The notes: generated from the letters alone by a model not told the origin. Positions 35,186-44,917 are shown, counted from the first letter of the stretch. The stretch: 64,000 nucleotides of DNA from an uncultured Trueperaceae bacterium (GCA_963727505.1 CAVSGP010000004.1:32001-96000); one strand, 5' to 3'. Numbers and translations: made by a program.

Positions 35186-38100
35186 ATGCACCAGTACTCC
35201 GACGTCTCGACCCTGGCCTGGCCCCGTGAGCGCGACGCTTGCGGCGTCGGCTTCATCGCCGACATGGGCGGCCGAAGGAGCCATGACGTCCTGGCGTACT
35301 CCCTGCAGGCGCTGCACAATCTGGCGCACCGCGGCGCGGTCAGCGCCGACGGCAAGACGGGCGACGGCGCAGGCGTGCTCACCCAGATCCCACACCGCCT
35401 GTTCCGGCGTGAACTCGAGTCCCGCGGCATCTTCCTGGAACGCGACCGTGATCTTGCGGTGGGCGTGTTCTTCGTGGCGAACGACGCACCTTACAAGAAG
35501 ATCTACGCCCTGGTGCGCGACGAGATCGCGCGCAGCCCACTGAAGACGCTGCTGTGGCGCGACCCGCCGCACGACGACAGCGCGCTGGGAGAGCAGGCGC
35601 GGACGCGCCTGCCGATCCTGCGCCAGGTGTTGCTGGGCAAACCCGAGTGGCTCAGCGACGACGGCTTCGAGCGCCAGCTCTACCTGACCCGCAAGCGCAT
35701 CGAGCACCGCCTCCGGGAGGCCGGCCTCGGACGCGCCTACATCCCGTCGTTCTCGAGCAGGACCATCAGCTACAAGGGGCTGATGGTGGCCGACCAGCTT
35801 CCCAAGTTCTATCTCGACCTGGCCGACCCCGATTTCGACACCGCGATCTCGGTCTTCCATCAGCGCTACAGCACCAACACCATGCCGCGCTGGTCCCTCG
35901 CCCAGCCTTTCCGGTTCCTCGCGCACAACGGCGAGATCAACACCCTGCAGGGCAACGTCAACTTCATGCGGGCGCGCGAGCCCATGATGTCGAGTTACCT
36001 GTGGGGTCCCGAGGTGCGCGATCTGCTGCCCATCATCGAGCCCGGGGGGAGCGACTCCGCGGCGCTCGATAACGCACTCGAGCTACTGGCGCTCTCCGGG
36101 CGCGACCTGCTGCACAGCCTGATGATGCTGGTCCCGCAGGCCTACGAACAGGACGCCGCGATCAGCGACGAGCTGCGCGGCTTCTACGACTACCACGGCA
36201 CCCTCATGGAGCCCTGGGACGGCCCGGCCGCTCTCGCGCTTACCGACGGGCGCTACGCGGTGGCAGGGTTGGACCGCAACGGCCTCCGCCCTCAGCGCTA
36301 CTGGATCCGCCGCGACGGCCTCGTGGTGGTGGGGTCGGAGGCGGGCGTGCTGCCGATGGACGAGGCCGACATCGTCGAGAAGGGACGCCTGGGGCCGGGC
36401 AGGTTGCTTGCGGTCGATACCATCGAGGGCAAGCTTCTGCGCGACGAGGAAATCAAGGCCCGCTACGGTCGCAGGCAGCCCTACCGAGAGTGGGTGGAAC
36501 GCTACGGCGTCCCGTTGCAGCGCGTCGAAGAGCCCCTCGACGGGCGCCCCTGGGACGAGGCGGAGCTCGTCAGGACCCAGAAGACGTTCGGCTACTCCAG
36601 CGAAGATTACGACCGCATCTTCCAGCCCATGTGCTTCGAAGCGTCGATCCCGGTCGGATCGATGGGGGACGACACCCCGCTGGCGGTGCTGTCCGAGCAG
36701 CCCCAGCAGATCTACCGCTACTTCAAGCAGCGCTTCGCACAGGTGACCAACCCGCCCATCGACCCCTTGCGCGAGCGCCTGGTGATGTCGCTCAAGACGG
36801 TCGTCGGCCCGCGCTCCAGCGTCCTCGAGCAGGAGCCGGAGGCGACCCGCGTGATGCGCTTCGAGAGCCCCATCGTGGACGCCGCCACGCTGCGCTACCT
36901 CCGGCAGCAGCAGCAGTTCGGGACGGCCACGCTGCAGACGCGCTTCCGGGTGAGCGATGGGCCCGAGGGGCTCGAACGGACCCTCGAGGACCTCGCCGAC
37001 CAGGCGCAGGAGCAGGTGGAAGCGGGCGTGAGCGTGCTGGTGCTCTCGGACCGCGACATCGACGGGGAGTGGGCGCCGGTCCCTATGCTGCTGGCCGTCG
37101 GCGCGGTGCACCACCGCCTCCTTCTGGTCGGGCGACGGACCAAGGCCGCCATCGTGTGCGAGACCGGCGAGCCACGCGAGGACCATCACTACGCCGCGCT
37201 CATCGGCTACGGCGCCGCCTTGATCCACCCCTATCTGGCTTTCGCGACGGCCCGCCACGCGGCCGTGAGCGCCAAGCACCGCGAACCCATCGACGGCGAC
37301 CTTGCGGTCGAGAACTACGTCAAGGCGGTGGAGAAGGGCCTGCTGAAGGTCATGTCGAAGATGGGCATCTCGACCACCGCGAGCTACCGCGGGGCGCAGA
37401 TCTTCGAAGCCGTCGGCGTCCATCGCGACGTCATCGAGCGCTACTTCTACGGCACGCCCGGGCGGGTCGGAGGGGCCACGCTCGAGACCTTCGGCACCGA
37501 CGTACTGCGCTTCCACGCCGGGGCCTTCGGTGAGGACGAGGGTCTGGCCGACCGGGGGATCTACCGCTTCCGCAAGGCGGGCGAGTACCACGCCTTCCAT
37601 CCGCTGGTGTTCAAGTCCCTGCACAAGGCGGTGCGCAACAGCGACTTCGATGCCTACCAGGAGTTCGCGCGTCAGGTCGCCGAGCGTCCGCCCACCAGCC
37701 TGCGGGATCTGCTCGACGTTGGGCCGCTGGGCGCGGCCGTCCCGCTCGACGAGGTCGAGCCGGCCGAGGCGATCGTCCGGCGCTTCACCACCCAGGCGAT
37801 GAGCCACGGGTCGGTATCGCGCGAAGCGCACCAGACGCTCGCCATCGCCATGAACCGCCTGCAGGGGAAGAGCAACTCGGGGGAGGGGGGTGAGGATCCG
37901 GTCCGCTTCCAACCCTACGAGCGGGACATGCCCGAACTGAGCGAGGCGCCCGACTGGCATCCGCACGCCGGCGACTGGGCCAACAGCGCCATCAAACAGG
38001 TCGCCTCGGGACGTTTCGGAGTGACGCCGAGCTACCTTGCCAGCGCCCAGGAGATCGAGATCAAGATGGCGCAGGGCTCCAAGCCCGGCGAGGGCGGCCA

Positions 38101-39760
38101 GATCCCCGGCAAGAAGGTCTCCGAGGAGATCGCACGCATCCGCCACGCGGTGCCGGGCGTCACCCTCATCAGTCCGCCGCCCCACCACGACATCTACTCC
38201 ATCGAAGACCTGGCGCAACTCATCTATGACGTCAAACGCGTCAACCGACGCGCCCGGGTCGGCGTCAAGCTGGTGTCGACCGCCGGCGTGGGCACGATCG
38301 CTGCCGGCGTTGCCAAGGGCTACGCCGACAACATCCAGATCAGTGGCTTCGACGGCGGCACGGGCGCCAGCCCGCTGTCGAGCGTCAAGCACGCCGGCGT
38401 TCCCTGGGAGCTGGGGCTCGCCGAGACGCAGCAGGTGCTCGTCGAGAACGATCTCCGGGGTCGCGTGACGCTACGCGTAGACGGCGGCATGAAGACGGGC
38501 CGGGACGTCGTCGTGGCGGCCCTGCTGGGGGCCGAGGAGTACGGATTCGGAACCGCCGCGCTGGTCGCCGCAGGGTGCGCCATGATCCGCCAGTGCCACC
38601 TGAACACCTGCCCCGTCGGCGTGGCCACCCAGGACCCCGAGTTGCGCAAGCGCTACCAGGGCGAGCCGGAACACGTCGTCCGTTTCTTCCTGTACATCGC
38701 GCAACAGGTCCGCATGATGCTGGCAGGGCTGGGAGCGAGGAGCCTGGACGAGCTGGTGGGACGCGTGGACCTCTTGCAGGCCCGTGAGGTCGTCCTGGCC
38801 AAGAACGTGACTCTCGACCTCTCGGACGTCCTGCGCGATCCCGATCCCGGCGGCAGCAAGGCGCGCCGCAGCCAGCAGCGTCACAACGACCGCCCGGAGA
38901 AGGTGTCGCCGCTCGACGAGCGGTTGTGGCTGGACGCGCAGGCGGCCGTCGAGCGCGCGGAGCCGGTGCGCCTCAGCTACAGCATCCACAATGGGGAGCG
39001 CAGTGTAGGCGCGCGTGTGTCGGGGGAGATCGCCCGCCTGTACGGGGAATCCGGGCTGGCGCCGGGTATGGTGCGCGTGGCGTTCCAGGGCGCGGCCGGG
39101 CAGAGTTTCGGGGCGTTCGCCAACCACGGCATGCACCTGCGGCTGGTGGGCGAGGCGCAAGACTACGTCGGCAAGGGCATGGCCGGCGGCGAGATCGCGG
39201 TGCTGCCCCCGCCGGGCACCACGCGCGCGCCCAACGGCAACGTGATCGTGGGCAACACGGTGCTCTACGGCGCCACCGGGGGCAGTCTGTACGCGGCCGG
39301 CAAGGCGGGCGAGCGCCTTTGCGTGCGCAACTCGGGGGCGCGGGCGGTGGTCGAGGGTTGTGGCGACCACGGCTGCGAGTACATGACGAGCGGGGTCGCC
39401 GTGGTGCTCGGACGCACCGGCCGAAACTTCGGTGCGGGCATGTCCGGCGGCATCGCGTTCGTGTTCGATGAGGACGGCACCTTCGCGGAGCGCACCAATC
39501 CCGGCATGGTGCGGGTGGTGGAGTTGACCGGCTCGGTCGACGAGGCGCTCTTGAAGGCGCTGATCGAGCGCCACGTGGCCCTCACCGGCTCACCCCTGGC
39601 CCAGGCTCTGCTCGAAGGCTGGTCGGATGCGCACACCCGCTTCGTGAAGGTGGAGCCGCACCCCTCACTCGAGGACGCGACGGCTCGCGAACAGCGTGGC
39701 CCACAACTGGAGGAAGAGTTGCTGGCGCAGGTCAGGGCGGATGCCGCCGCGTACGCCTGA
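35186..39760 (+). CDS. gltB: Glutamate synthase large subunit
   Basis: RDACGVGF, HQRYSTNT, QVASGRFGV, KPGEGGQ, CHLNTCPVG; ATG 35186 with SD GGGAGG. Confidence 0.97.
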   Translation: MHQYSDVSTLAWPRERDACGVGFIADMGGRRSHDVLAYSLQALHNLAHRGAVSADGKTGDGAGVLTQIPHRLFRRELESRGIFLERDRDLAVGVFFVANDAPYKKIYALVRDEIARSPLKTLLWRDPPHDDSALGEQARTRLPILRQVLLGKPEWLSDDGFERQLYLTRKRIEHRLREAGLGRAYIPSFSSRTISYKGLMVADQLPKFYLDLADPDFDTAISVFHQRYSTNTMPRWSLAQPFRFLAHNGEINTLQGNVNFMRAREPMMSSYLWGPEVRDLLPIIEPGGSDSAALDNALELLALSGRDLLHSLMMLVPQAYEQDAAISDELRGFYDYHGTLMEPWDGPAALALTDGRYAVAGLDRNGLRPQRYWIRRDGLVVVGSEAGVLPMDEADIVEKGRLGPGRLLAVDTIEGKLLRDEEIKARYGRRQPYREWVERYGVPLQRVEEPLDGRPWDEAELVRTQKTFGYSSEDYDRIFQPMCFEASIPVGSMGDDTPLAVLSEQPQQIYRYFKQRFAQVTNPPIDPLRERLVMSLKTVVGPRSSVLEQEPEATRVMRFESPIVDAATLRYLRQQQQFGTATLQTRFRVSDGPEGLERTLEDLADQAQEQVEAGVSVLVLSDRDIDGEWAPVPMLLAVGAVHHRLLLVGRRTKAAIVCETGEPREDHHYAALIGYGAALIHPYLAFATARHAAVSAKHREPIDGDLAVENYVKAVEKGLLKVMSKMGISTTASYRGAQIFEAVGVHRDVIERYFYGTPGRVGGATLETFGTDVLRFHAGAFGEDEGLADRGIYRFRKAGEYHAFHPLVFKSLHKAVRNSDFDAYQEFARQVAERPPTSLRDLLDVGPLGAAVPLDEVEPAEAIVRRFTTQAMSHGSVSREAHQTLAIAMNRLQGKSNSGEGGEDPVRFQPYERDMPELSEAPDWHPHAGDWANSAIKQVASGRFGVTPSYLASAQEIEIKMAQGSKPGEGGQIPGKKVSEEIARIRHAVPGVTLISPPPHHDIYSIEDLAQLIYDVKRVNRRARVGVKLVSTAGVGTIAAGVAKGYADNIQISGFDGGTGASPLSSVKHAGVPWELGLAETQQVLVENDLRGRVTLRVDGGMKTGRDVVVAALLGAEEYGFGTAALVAAGCAMIRQCHLNTCPVGVATQDPELRKRYQGEPEHVVRFFLYIAQQVRMMLAGLGARSLDELVGRVDLLQAREVVLAKNVTLDLSDVLRDPDPGGSKARRSQQRHNDRPEKVSPLDERLWLDAQAAVERAEPVRLSYSIHNGERSVGARVSGEIARLYGESGLAPGMVRVAFQGAAGQSFGAFANHGMHLRLVGEAQDYVGKGMAGGEIAVLPPPGTTRAPNGNVIVGNTVLYGATGGSLYAAGKAGERLCVRNSGARAVVEGCGDHGCEYMTSGVAVVLGRTGRNFGAGMSGGIAFVFDEDGTFAERTNPGMVRVVELTGSVDEALLKALIERHVALTGSPLAQALLEGWSDAHTRFVKVEPHPSLEDATAREQRGPQLEEELLAQVRADAAAYA

Positions 39761-39781
39761 GGCCGTGCGGCGCGCCCCGCG

Positions 39782-41635
39782 TCAGCGGTAGGCGGCCACC
39801 GTGCCGTCGAGGGCTGCCACCACCACGCCGTCGCCTACGGGCAGAGGGCTCGCCTGCACGGCGCTGCTCCCGACGCGGTCGCGGAACAACAGCTGCCCTC
39901 CGCGGGCGTCGAAGCACAGCAGCTCGCCGCCCTCGGTGCCGAGGTAGAGCGTGCCGGATGCGAGCATGGGAGCGGCGGTGACGGCCGCTGGCAGGTCACG
40001 CACCCATACGTCGTCGCCCGTCTTCAGCGATAGACAGTGCAGTCGGCGGCCCCAGGAGACGGCATAGACCCGCTGGTTCCAGATCAGCGGCGTCGCCCAC
40101 AGCTCCCCTTCGAGGTCGAACGTCCAGATCGTGTCGTGGCGGGCGAGATCGAAGGCATGCAGCGCCCCGCTGCGCTCGGGGATCAGCAGCACGCCCTCGG
40201 CGGCGGACAGCGTTGCGACCACCGGCCCGACCTCCACCTTGAAGCTCGGCGAGCCGTCGTCGGCCCGGACGGCATGCAGCCAACCGTCCTCGGTGGCGAA
40301 CAACAGGAGCCCGCGGTGCACGGTGGGCGGCGTCGCCGCGGCCGAACCGGCATCGTAGTGCCAGCGTTCGCTGCCGTCGAGTTCCCAGGCGCCGGCGCCC
40401 ACCTTCCGATCGGTGACCAGCAGGGCGTCGCCCAGCGGGAGCACCCCCACCACGTCGGCATCGTCCTGCCGCCACAGCGTTTCGCCGCGGGGCCAGGCGA
40501 TGGCGTGCACCGCACCGTCCCGGCTCACCACCAGGATGCGGTCACCCGCGAACGCGGGCGGCTGGCTGACCTCGTCGCGCAGCTCGAAGGTCGCCTGCAC
40601 CCCGCCGTCGGCGGGCCTCAGCACGGCCAGGGCGTCGCTGCGCTGCCCGACCAGCACGAAGCCGCCCGCGGCGGCGATGCCGGCGGGCCACTGCGGACCT
40701 TCCTCGAGCTTCCGGACCCACTGGCGTGCCAGTCCGGTCGCCGAGGCCGGTCCCCGTGGGTAGAGGCCGCGACGGCCGGGGCCGCCGAGCGCCACATGGG
40801 TGGCGCGCTCGCGCAGGCTGGCCAGGACCGAGCGCAGCGCGTCGGCTACCGCGAAACCGGAGAGCGGGCGCTGATCGGGGTCCTTCTGGAGAAGGCCGGC
40901 GATGAGGCGCGAGAGCGGTTCCGGCACCTGGGCGTTGAGCTCGGCGGCCGGGGTAGGGGCCCCGTAGACGTGCTGGTAGAGGACGGCCTGATCGTTATCG
41001 GCGTCGAACGGGGCGGACCCCGTCACCGTGCGGTAGAGCACCGCACCGAAGGCGTAGAGGTCGGTAGCCGCGCCGGTCGCGTCGCCGGTGGCCTGCTCCG
41101 GGGCCATGTACTGTGGCGTGCCAAGGGTGAACCCGGTACGCGTCAACTCACGAGAGGTCTCGGTGAGCTGCACCAGCCCGAAGTCCATCACCTTGGGGTG
41201 TCCCTGCTGGGTGAGAAGGATGTTGCGGGGCGTCAGGTCGCGGTGCACCATGCCGAGCCGGTGCACGTACCCGAGGGCCTCGGCGACCGTGATGGCGGCG
41301 CGGAACAGACGCTCGAGCGCTTCGGGATCGGCTTCCATGGGACCCAGGTCGGTGACAGGACCGCCTTCGATGAGCTCCATGGCGAAGTACACGTGCTCAC
41401 CCAGCCCGAGGTCGTAGATGCTGACGATGCCGGGATGGTTCAGCCTGGCCAGGGCGCGGATCTCACGCCGGAAACGTTCGCTGTCGGTGTCGGTGAGGTG
41501 GGGGCGTAGGACCTTGAGCGCCACCGCCCGTTCGAGGTGTCGGTCGCGGGCCCGGAACACCTGGGCCATGCCCCCAGCGCCGAGGACACCCAGGATGTCG
41601 TAGCGGTTGTCGACGACGTCGCCGGTCTGGAACAT
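39782..41635 (-). CDS. Hanks-type Ser/Thr kinase with C-terminal PQQ/BamB-like beta-propeller (RqkA-like)
   Basis: GAGGMA, VALK, HRDLTPRN, DFG, APE; repeated beta-propeller W motifs; no TM segment. Confidence 0.9.
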   Translation of the reverse strand: MFQTGDVVDNRYDILGVLGAGGMAQVFRARDRHLERAVALKVLRPHLTDTDSERFRREIRALARLNHPGIVSIYDLGLGEHVYFAMELIEGGPVTDLGPMEADPEALERLFRAAITVAEALGYVHRLGMVHRDLTPRNILLTQQGHPKVMDFGLVQLTETSRELTRTGFTLGTPQYMAPEQATGDATGAATDLYAFGAVLYRTVTGSAPFDADNDQAVLYQHVYGAPTPAAELNAQVPEPLSRLIAGLLQKDPDQRPLSGFAVADALRSVLASLRERATHVALGGPGRRGLYPRGPASATGLARQWVRKLEEGPQWPAGIAAAGGFVLVGQRSDALAVLRPADGGVQATFELRDEVSQPPAFAGDRILVVSRDGAVHAIAWPRGETLWRQDDADVVGVLPLGDALLVTDRKVGAGAWELDGSERWHYDAGSAAATPPTVHRGLLLFATEDGWLHAVRADDGSPSFKVEVGPVVATLSAAEGVLLIPERSGALHAFDLARHDTIWTFDLEGELWATPLIWNQRVYAVSWGRRLHCLSLKTGDDVWVRDLPAAVTAAPMLASGTLYLGTEGGELLCFDARGGQLLFRDRVGSSAVQASPLPVGDGVVVAALDGTVAAYR

Positions 41636-41650
41636 CGGAGCGCGCCGCGC

Positions 41651-41860
41651 TCAGTGCTCTTCGAGCGTCTTGAGCAGCTCGGGGTCGATCCGGCCCTCCT
41701 CGACGGCCCGGTTCAACATCTCGATGCCTAAGCGCACGACCTCCGACTTGGACACGAGGCGCTCCGGGTTCGAGAGCTGGTAGGCCGTCTTCGTGAGCAG
41801 GGAGTCCTGGGCCTCGGTGATGACGACCTGCAGTCGCTTGCTTTTCTCCCGCTTGGGCAC
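41651..41860 (-). CDS. Small ribbon-helix-helix-like DNA-binding protein
   Basis: KRLQVVI strand and SKSEVVRLGI helix; GTG 41860 with SD GAGAGGA; 15 nt upstream of the kinase. Confidence 0.7.
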   Translation of the reverse strand: MPKREKSKRLQVVITEAQDSLLTKTAYQLSNPERLVSKSEVVRLGIEMLNRAVEEGRIDPELLKTLEEH

Positions 41861-41880
41861 GGCGCTCCTCTCCATGCGTA

Positions 41881-41995
41881 TGCTTGTGGCAAGCAACTAT
41901 AGCATCCGACGCATTTTCTTGACAATGTTGCTGTACCAGCCTAGACTACGAGTGCGACGGATGTGTAACTTGCACATGATGTGGCAAATCTCACA
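41881..41995. promoter_or_regulatory. Divergent promoters with overlapping -35 boxes and operator palindromes
   Basis: + strand TTGACA(41919)-17-TAGACT; - strand TTGTCA-18-TATAGT; palindromes at 41881-41895, 41961-41977 and 41980-41995. Confidence 0.7.
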
Positions 41996-42028
41996 CGGGC
42001 CGGAAGGGACGCCGGGCGAGGGGCTGGG

Positions 42029-43342
42029 ATGACCGACGACAACGACCTCCTGATCATCCACGGCGGTAAGCCCCTGTCGGGCGATCTCCGGGTGTTCAGC
42101 GCGAAGAACTCGGCCCTCTACCTGATGCTCGCGTCGCTCCTCACCGACGAGCCCGTGGTGCTGGAGGACGTACCGCGCCTCAGCGACGTACTCGTCACCG
42201 AGGAGATCCTTCGCCACGTGGGCGTCGAGACGCGTTGGGAGGGCAGGGACCTGCACCTCCACGCGCGCACCATCAGCACCTGCCATGCACCCTACAGCCT
42301 CGTCAGCAAGATGCGCGCCAGCTTCGTCGCCATGGGGGCGCTACTGGCCCGTTGCGGTGAGGCCCGCATCCCGATGCCGGGCGGCTGCGCCTTCGGCCCC
42401 AGGCCGGTGGACCGCCACATCCAGGCGTTCCGCGACCTGGGCGTCCACGTCGACGAGGACGAAGGAGACTTCGTGGCGCGTCGCGTCGGGCCACTCGGGG
42501 ATCACGTGAGCTTCGAGGTCTCGACCGTCGGCGGCACCCAGAACGTCCTGCTGGCGGCGGCGCTGTCGGGCCGTGACGTGGTGATCGAGAATGCCGCGCT
42601 CGAGCCCGAGGTGCCCGATCTGGCCCGCATGCTGACCGCGATGGGAGCGTCGGTCGAAGGGGCGGGGACGTCGGTACTCCGTGTTCACGGCGCCGAGCGT
42701 CTGCATGGCGTCCGGTACCGCCCCATCCCGGATCGTATCGAGGCCGGCACCTACCTGCTGGCGGCCGCAGCGAGTCGCGGACGGGCGCGTCTGCAGAACG
42801 TCCGGGCAGACCACCTGGACGCCACGCTCGAGGCGCTCTCCCGCACCGGCGTGCGCATCGACACCGGCCCGGACGGGGTAGGCATCGACGCGACCGGGCA
42901 GCTCGAGCCGACCGACATCGTCGCAAGGCCCTTCCCGGGCCTTCCCACCGACCTGCAGGCGCCCTTCGGCGCCTTCCTGGCCACGATCGAAGGCAGCAGC
43001 ACGGTGCGCGATGAGATCTACCCCTACCGTTACACGCACATCGAAGCGCTCGCCAAGACGGGCGCCCGCATGGTGCTCGACGACCGGGTCCTCAGCATCG
43101 AGGGCGGTCCGCTGGTGGGTGCGACCATGCACGCAGCCGACATCCGCGCGGGCGGTGCACTCATCGTCGCGGCCCTGGCTGCGCGTGGGCGCTCCGAGAT
43201 CAGCGGGGTGGGCTTCATCGACCGTGGCTACGAGGACGTCGCCGGTCGCCTGGCCCGTCTCGGTGCCGAGGTCGTGCGCGCGGGCAGCGAGGGAGCACCC
43301 GGTGTGCCCGAGCTGTTCGTTACCGGTACCTACGGCCGCTGA
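42029..43342 (+). CDS. murA: UDP-N-acetylglucosamine 1-carboxyvinyltransferase
   Basis: AKNS, KMRAS, PGGCAFGPRPVD, PDRIEAGT, PTDLQ, IDRGYE. Confidence 0.95.
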   Translation: MTDDNDLLIIHGGKPLSGDLRVFSAKNSALYLMLASLLTDEPVVLEDVPRLSDVLVTEEILRHVGVETRWEGRDLHLHARTISTCHAPYSLVSKMRASFVAMGALLARCGEARIPMPGGCAFGPRPVDRHIQAFRDLGVHVDEDEGDFVARRVGPLGDHVSFEVSTVGGTQNVLLAAALSGRDVVIENAALEPEVPDLARMLTAMGASVEGAGTSVLRVHGAERLHGVRYRPIPDRIEAGTYLLAAAASRGRARLQNVRADHLDATLEALSRTGVRIDTGPDGVGIDATGQLEPTDIVARPFPGLPTDLQAPFGAFLATIEGSSTVRDEIYPYRYTHIEALAKTGARMVLDDRVLSIEGGPLVGATMHAADIRAGGALIVAALAARGRSEISGVGFIDRGYEDVAGRLARLGAEVVRAGSEGAPGVPELFVTGTYGR

Positions 43343-43357
43343 CCGGCTGGCCGGACC

Positions 43358-44917
43358 TCAACCGACCCTCACCTTGAGCCGGTGGTAGCCGGTCGACCCG
43401 TCGGGTAGCGGCTGGCTCTTGTCGGATGTCTGCAGCGCACCGGTCCCGTCGACCGCCCGCACCAGCACGTCGTACTCGCCCGGATCGGTCTGCCATTCGA
43501 AGCCCCAGAGCGTCCAGGAGAAGGCGTTGTCGGCCGGACGCAGGGTGGCCTGCTGCCAGCTCGCTCCGCCATCGACGGAGACGTCGATGCGGCGGACGCC
43601 GCGCAACCCCGCGAAAGCGATCCCTCCGATCGCCGCGTCGCTCCCCAGCACGGTCGCGGTGGGGGTGTCGATCCTGCTCATGGTGTGCACGACCGCAGTC
43701 TGGCTCCAGCCGCGCTGCTCCCAGTAGCCGGTGTAATCGTGGTCGACGACCTCGACGTCCATCAGCCACTTGACGCTCTTCATGCCGTAGATACCGGGCG
43801 CCAGCACCCGCGCAGGGAAACCGTGACCGCGCACCAGCGGCTCGCCGTCCTGCAGGTAGGCGACCATGGTGCCGTCGCGACCGGCGACCTCGAGCGGGAA
43901 GGAGTCGGAATAGTTGTCAGCGGCGCGCAGGATCACGTGCGAGGCACCCGACTGAACCCCCGCCATCTCCAGCAGGTCGGTCATCGGAACGCCGGTCCAC
44001 ATGCTGTTACCGACGAGGTGACCTCCGACCTCGTTCGAGATGCAGATGAGGGTCGTGCTCCGCGTCACCGAAGGCAGTGCCTTGAGATCCTCCAGGCCCA
44101 GCTCGAGCGGGTGATCCACCAGTCCGTGGAGCTTGAGCCGCCAGCGTGAGGCGTCGACGCGCGGATCGGAGAAGTTCTTCGACACCACGTAGTGGTCGCC
44201 GACCGGCGTGATGACGGGACCGAGCCCCCGGATCCGGCCCAGCAGACCCTCCAACTGCGCCGCGGCGCGGGCGAGCGCACCGAGCGCCAACCGTGCCGTT
44301 CCCAGCCCAACGGCCAGGACCAGCAGACCGCGAGCGCTGCGGCCGAGCGCTTCGCGGCGGCCCGGATCGTGCTCCGCATCGTGTTCCGGTCCGCGGGCGG
44401 CGGCCCGCCCGCGCGCGATCAGCAGCACCACGCCGTACACGGCGCCGAAGGCGGCCGCCCACAGGTGGGTGGGCAGCGGTCGGTAGAAGTAGTTGGTCGG
44501 GCTCGCGCCGAACGCACCGAGCCCTTCCAGCGGGAGCAGGACCAGCCCGACCAACGCGGGGGTGGCGAGAACGGGAACGACGACGCGCCACGGGCGCGGC
44601 AGCCGCGTCAAGGGCACGGCCAGGGCGGTCCAGGAGAGCACGTACGCCAGCGCCATCGTCCCGAACAGGGCGTACTTGGCGTAGTGGTCGAGGCCGTAGG
44701 GGAGGCTGTGGATGATGTTGAAGACGGCGGGAACGCCGAGCAGGTGGCCGGTCAGGTCGAACAGCATGTCGATCGGGGTGCGGGCACCGATCAGCAGGCG
44801 GCTCGCCACCATGGCCACGCCGGAGAGCAGCGCCGCGGCGCCACCGACCGCCAGTCGATGCCGGACAGAGACTACTCTCGTCGGCTTGGTGGTGAGCGGA
44901 TCGTTACCCGGTTCCAT
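43358..44917 (-). CDS. Membrane-anchored molybdopterin oxidoreductase (sulfite oxidase family)
   Basis: N-terminal TM helices; TLICISNEVGG, HGFPAR, GMKSVKW, GYWEQRGW. Confidence 0.88.
   Translation of the reverse strand: MEPGNDPLTTKPTRVVSVRHRLAVGGAAALLSGVAMVASRLLIGARTPIDMLFDLTGHLLGVPAVFNIIHSLPYGLDHYAKYALFGTMALAYVLSWTALAVPLTRLPRPWRVVVPVLATPALVGLVLLPLEGLGAFGASPTNYFYRPLPTHLWAAAFGAVYGVVLLIARGRAAARGPEHDAEHDPGRREALGRSARGLLVLAVGLGTARLALGALARAAAQLEGLLGRIRGLGPVITPVGDHYVVSKNFSDPRVDASRWRLKLHGLVDHPLELGLEDLKALPSVTRSTTLICISNEVGGHLVGNSMWTGVPMTDLLEMAGVQSGASHVILRAADNYSDSFPLEVAGRDGTMVAYLQDGEPLVRGHGFPARVLAPGIYGMKSVKWLMDVEVVDHDYTGYWEQRGWSQTAVVHTMSRIDTPTATVLGSDAAIGGIAFAGLRGVRRIDVSVDGGASWQQATLRPADNAFSWTLWGFEWQTDPGEYDVLVRAVDGTGALQTSDKSQPLPDGSTGYHRLKVRVG

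Noticed and set aside
39782..41860. RHH plus kinase as a HipBA-like toxin-antitoxin pair
   Set aside because: The kinase is Hanks-type with a sensor propeller, not HipA-like; a regulatory role fits better
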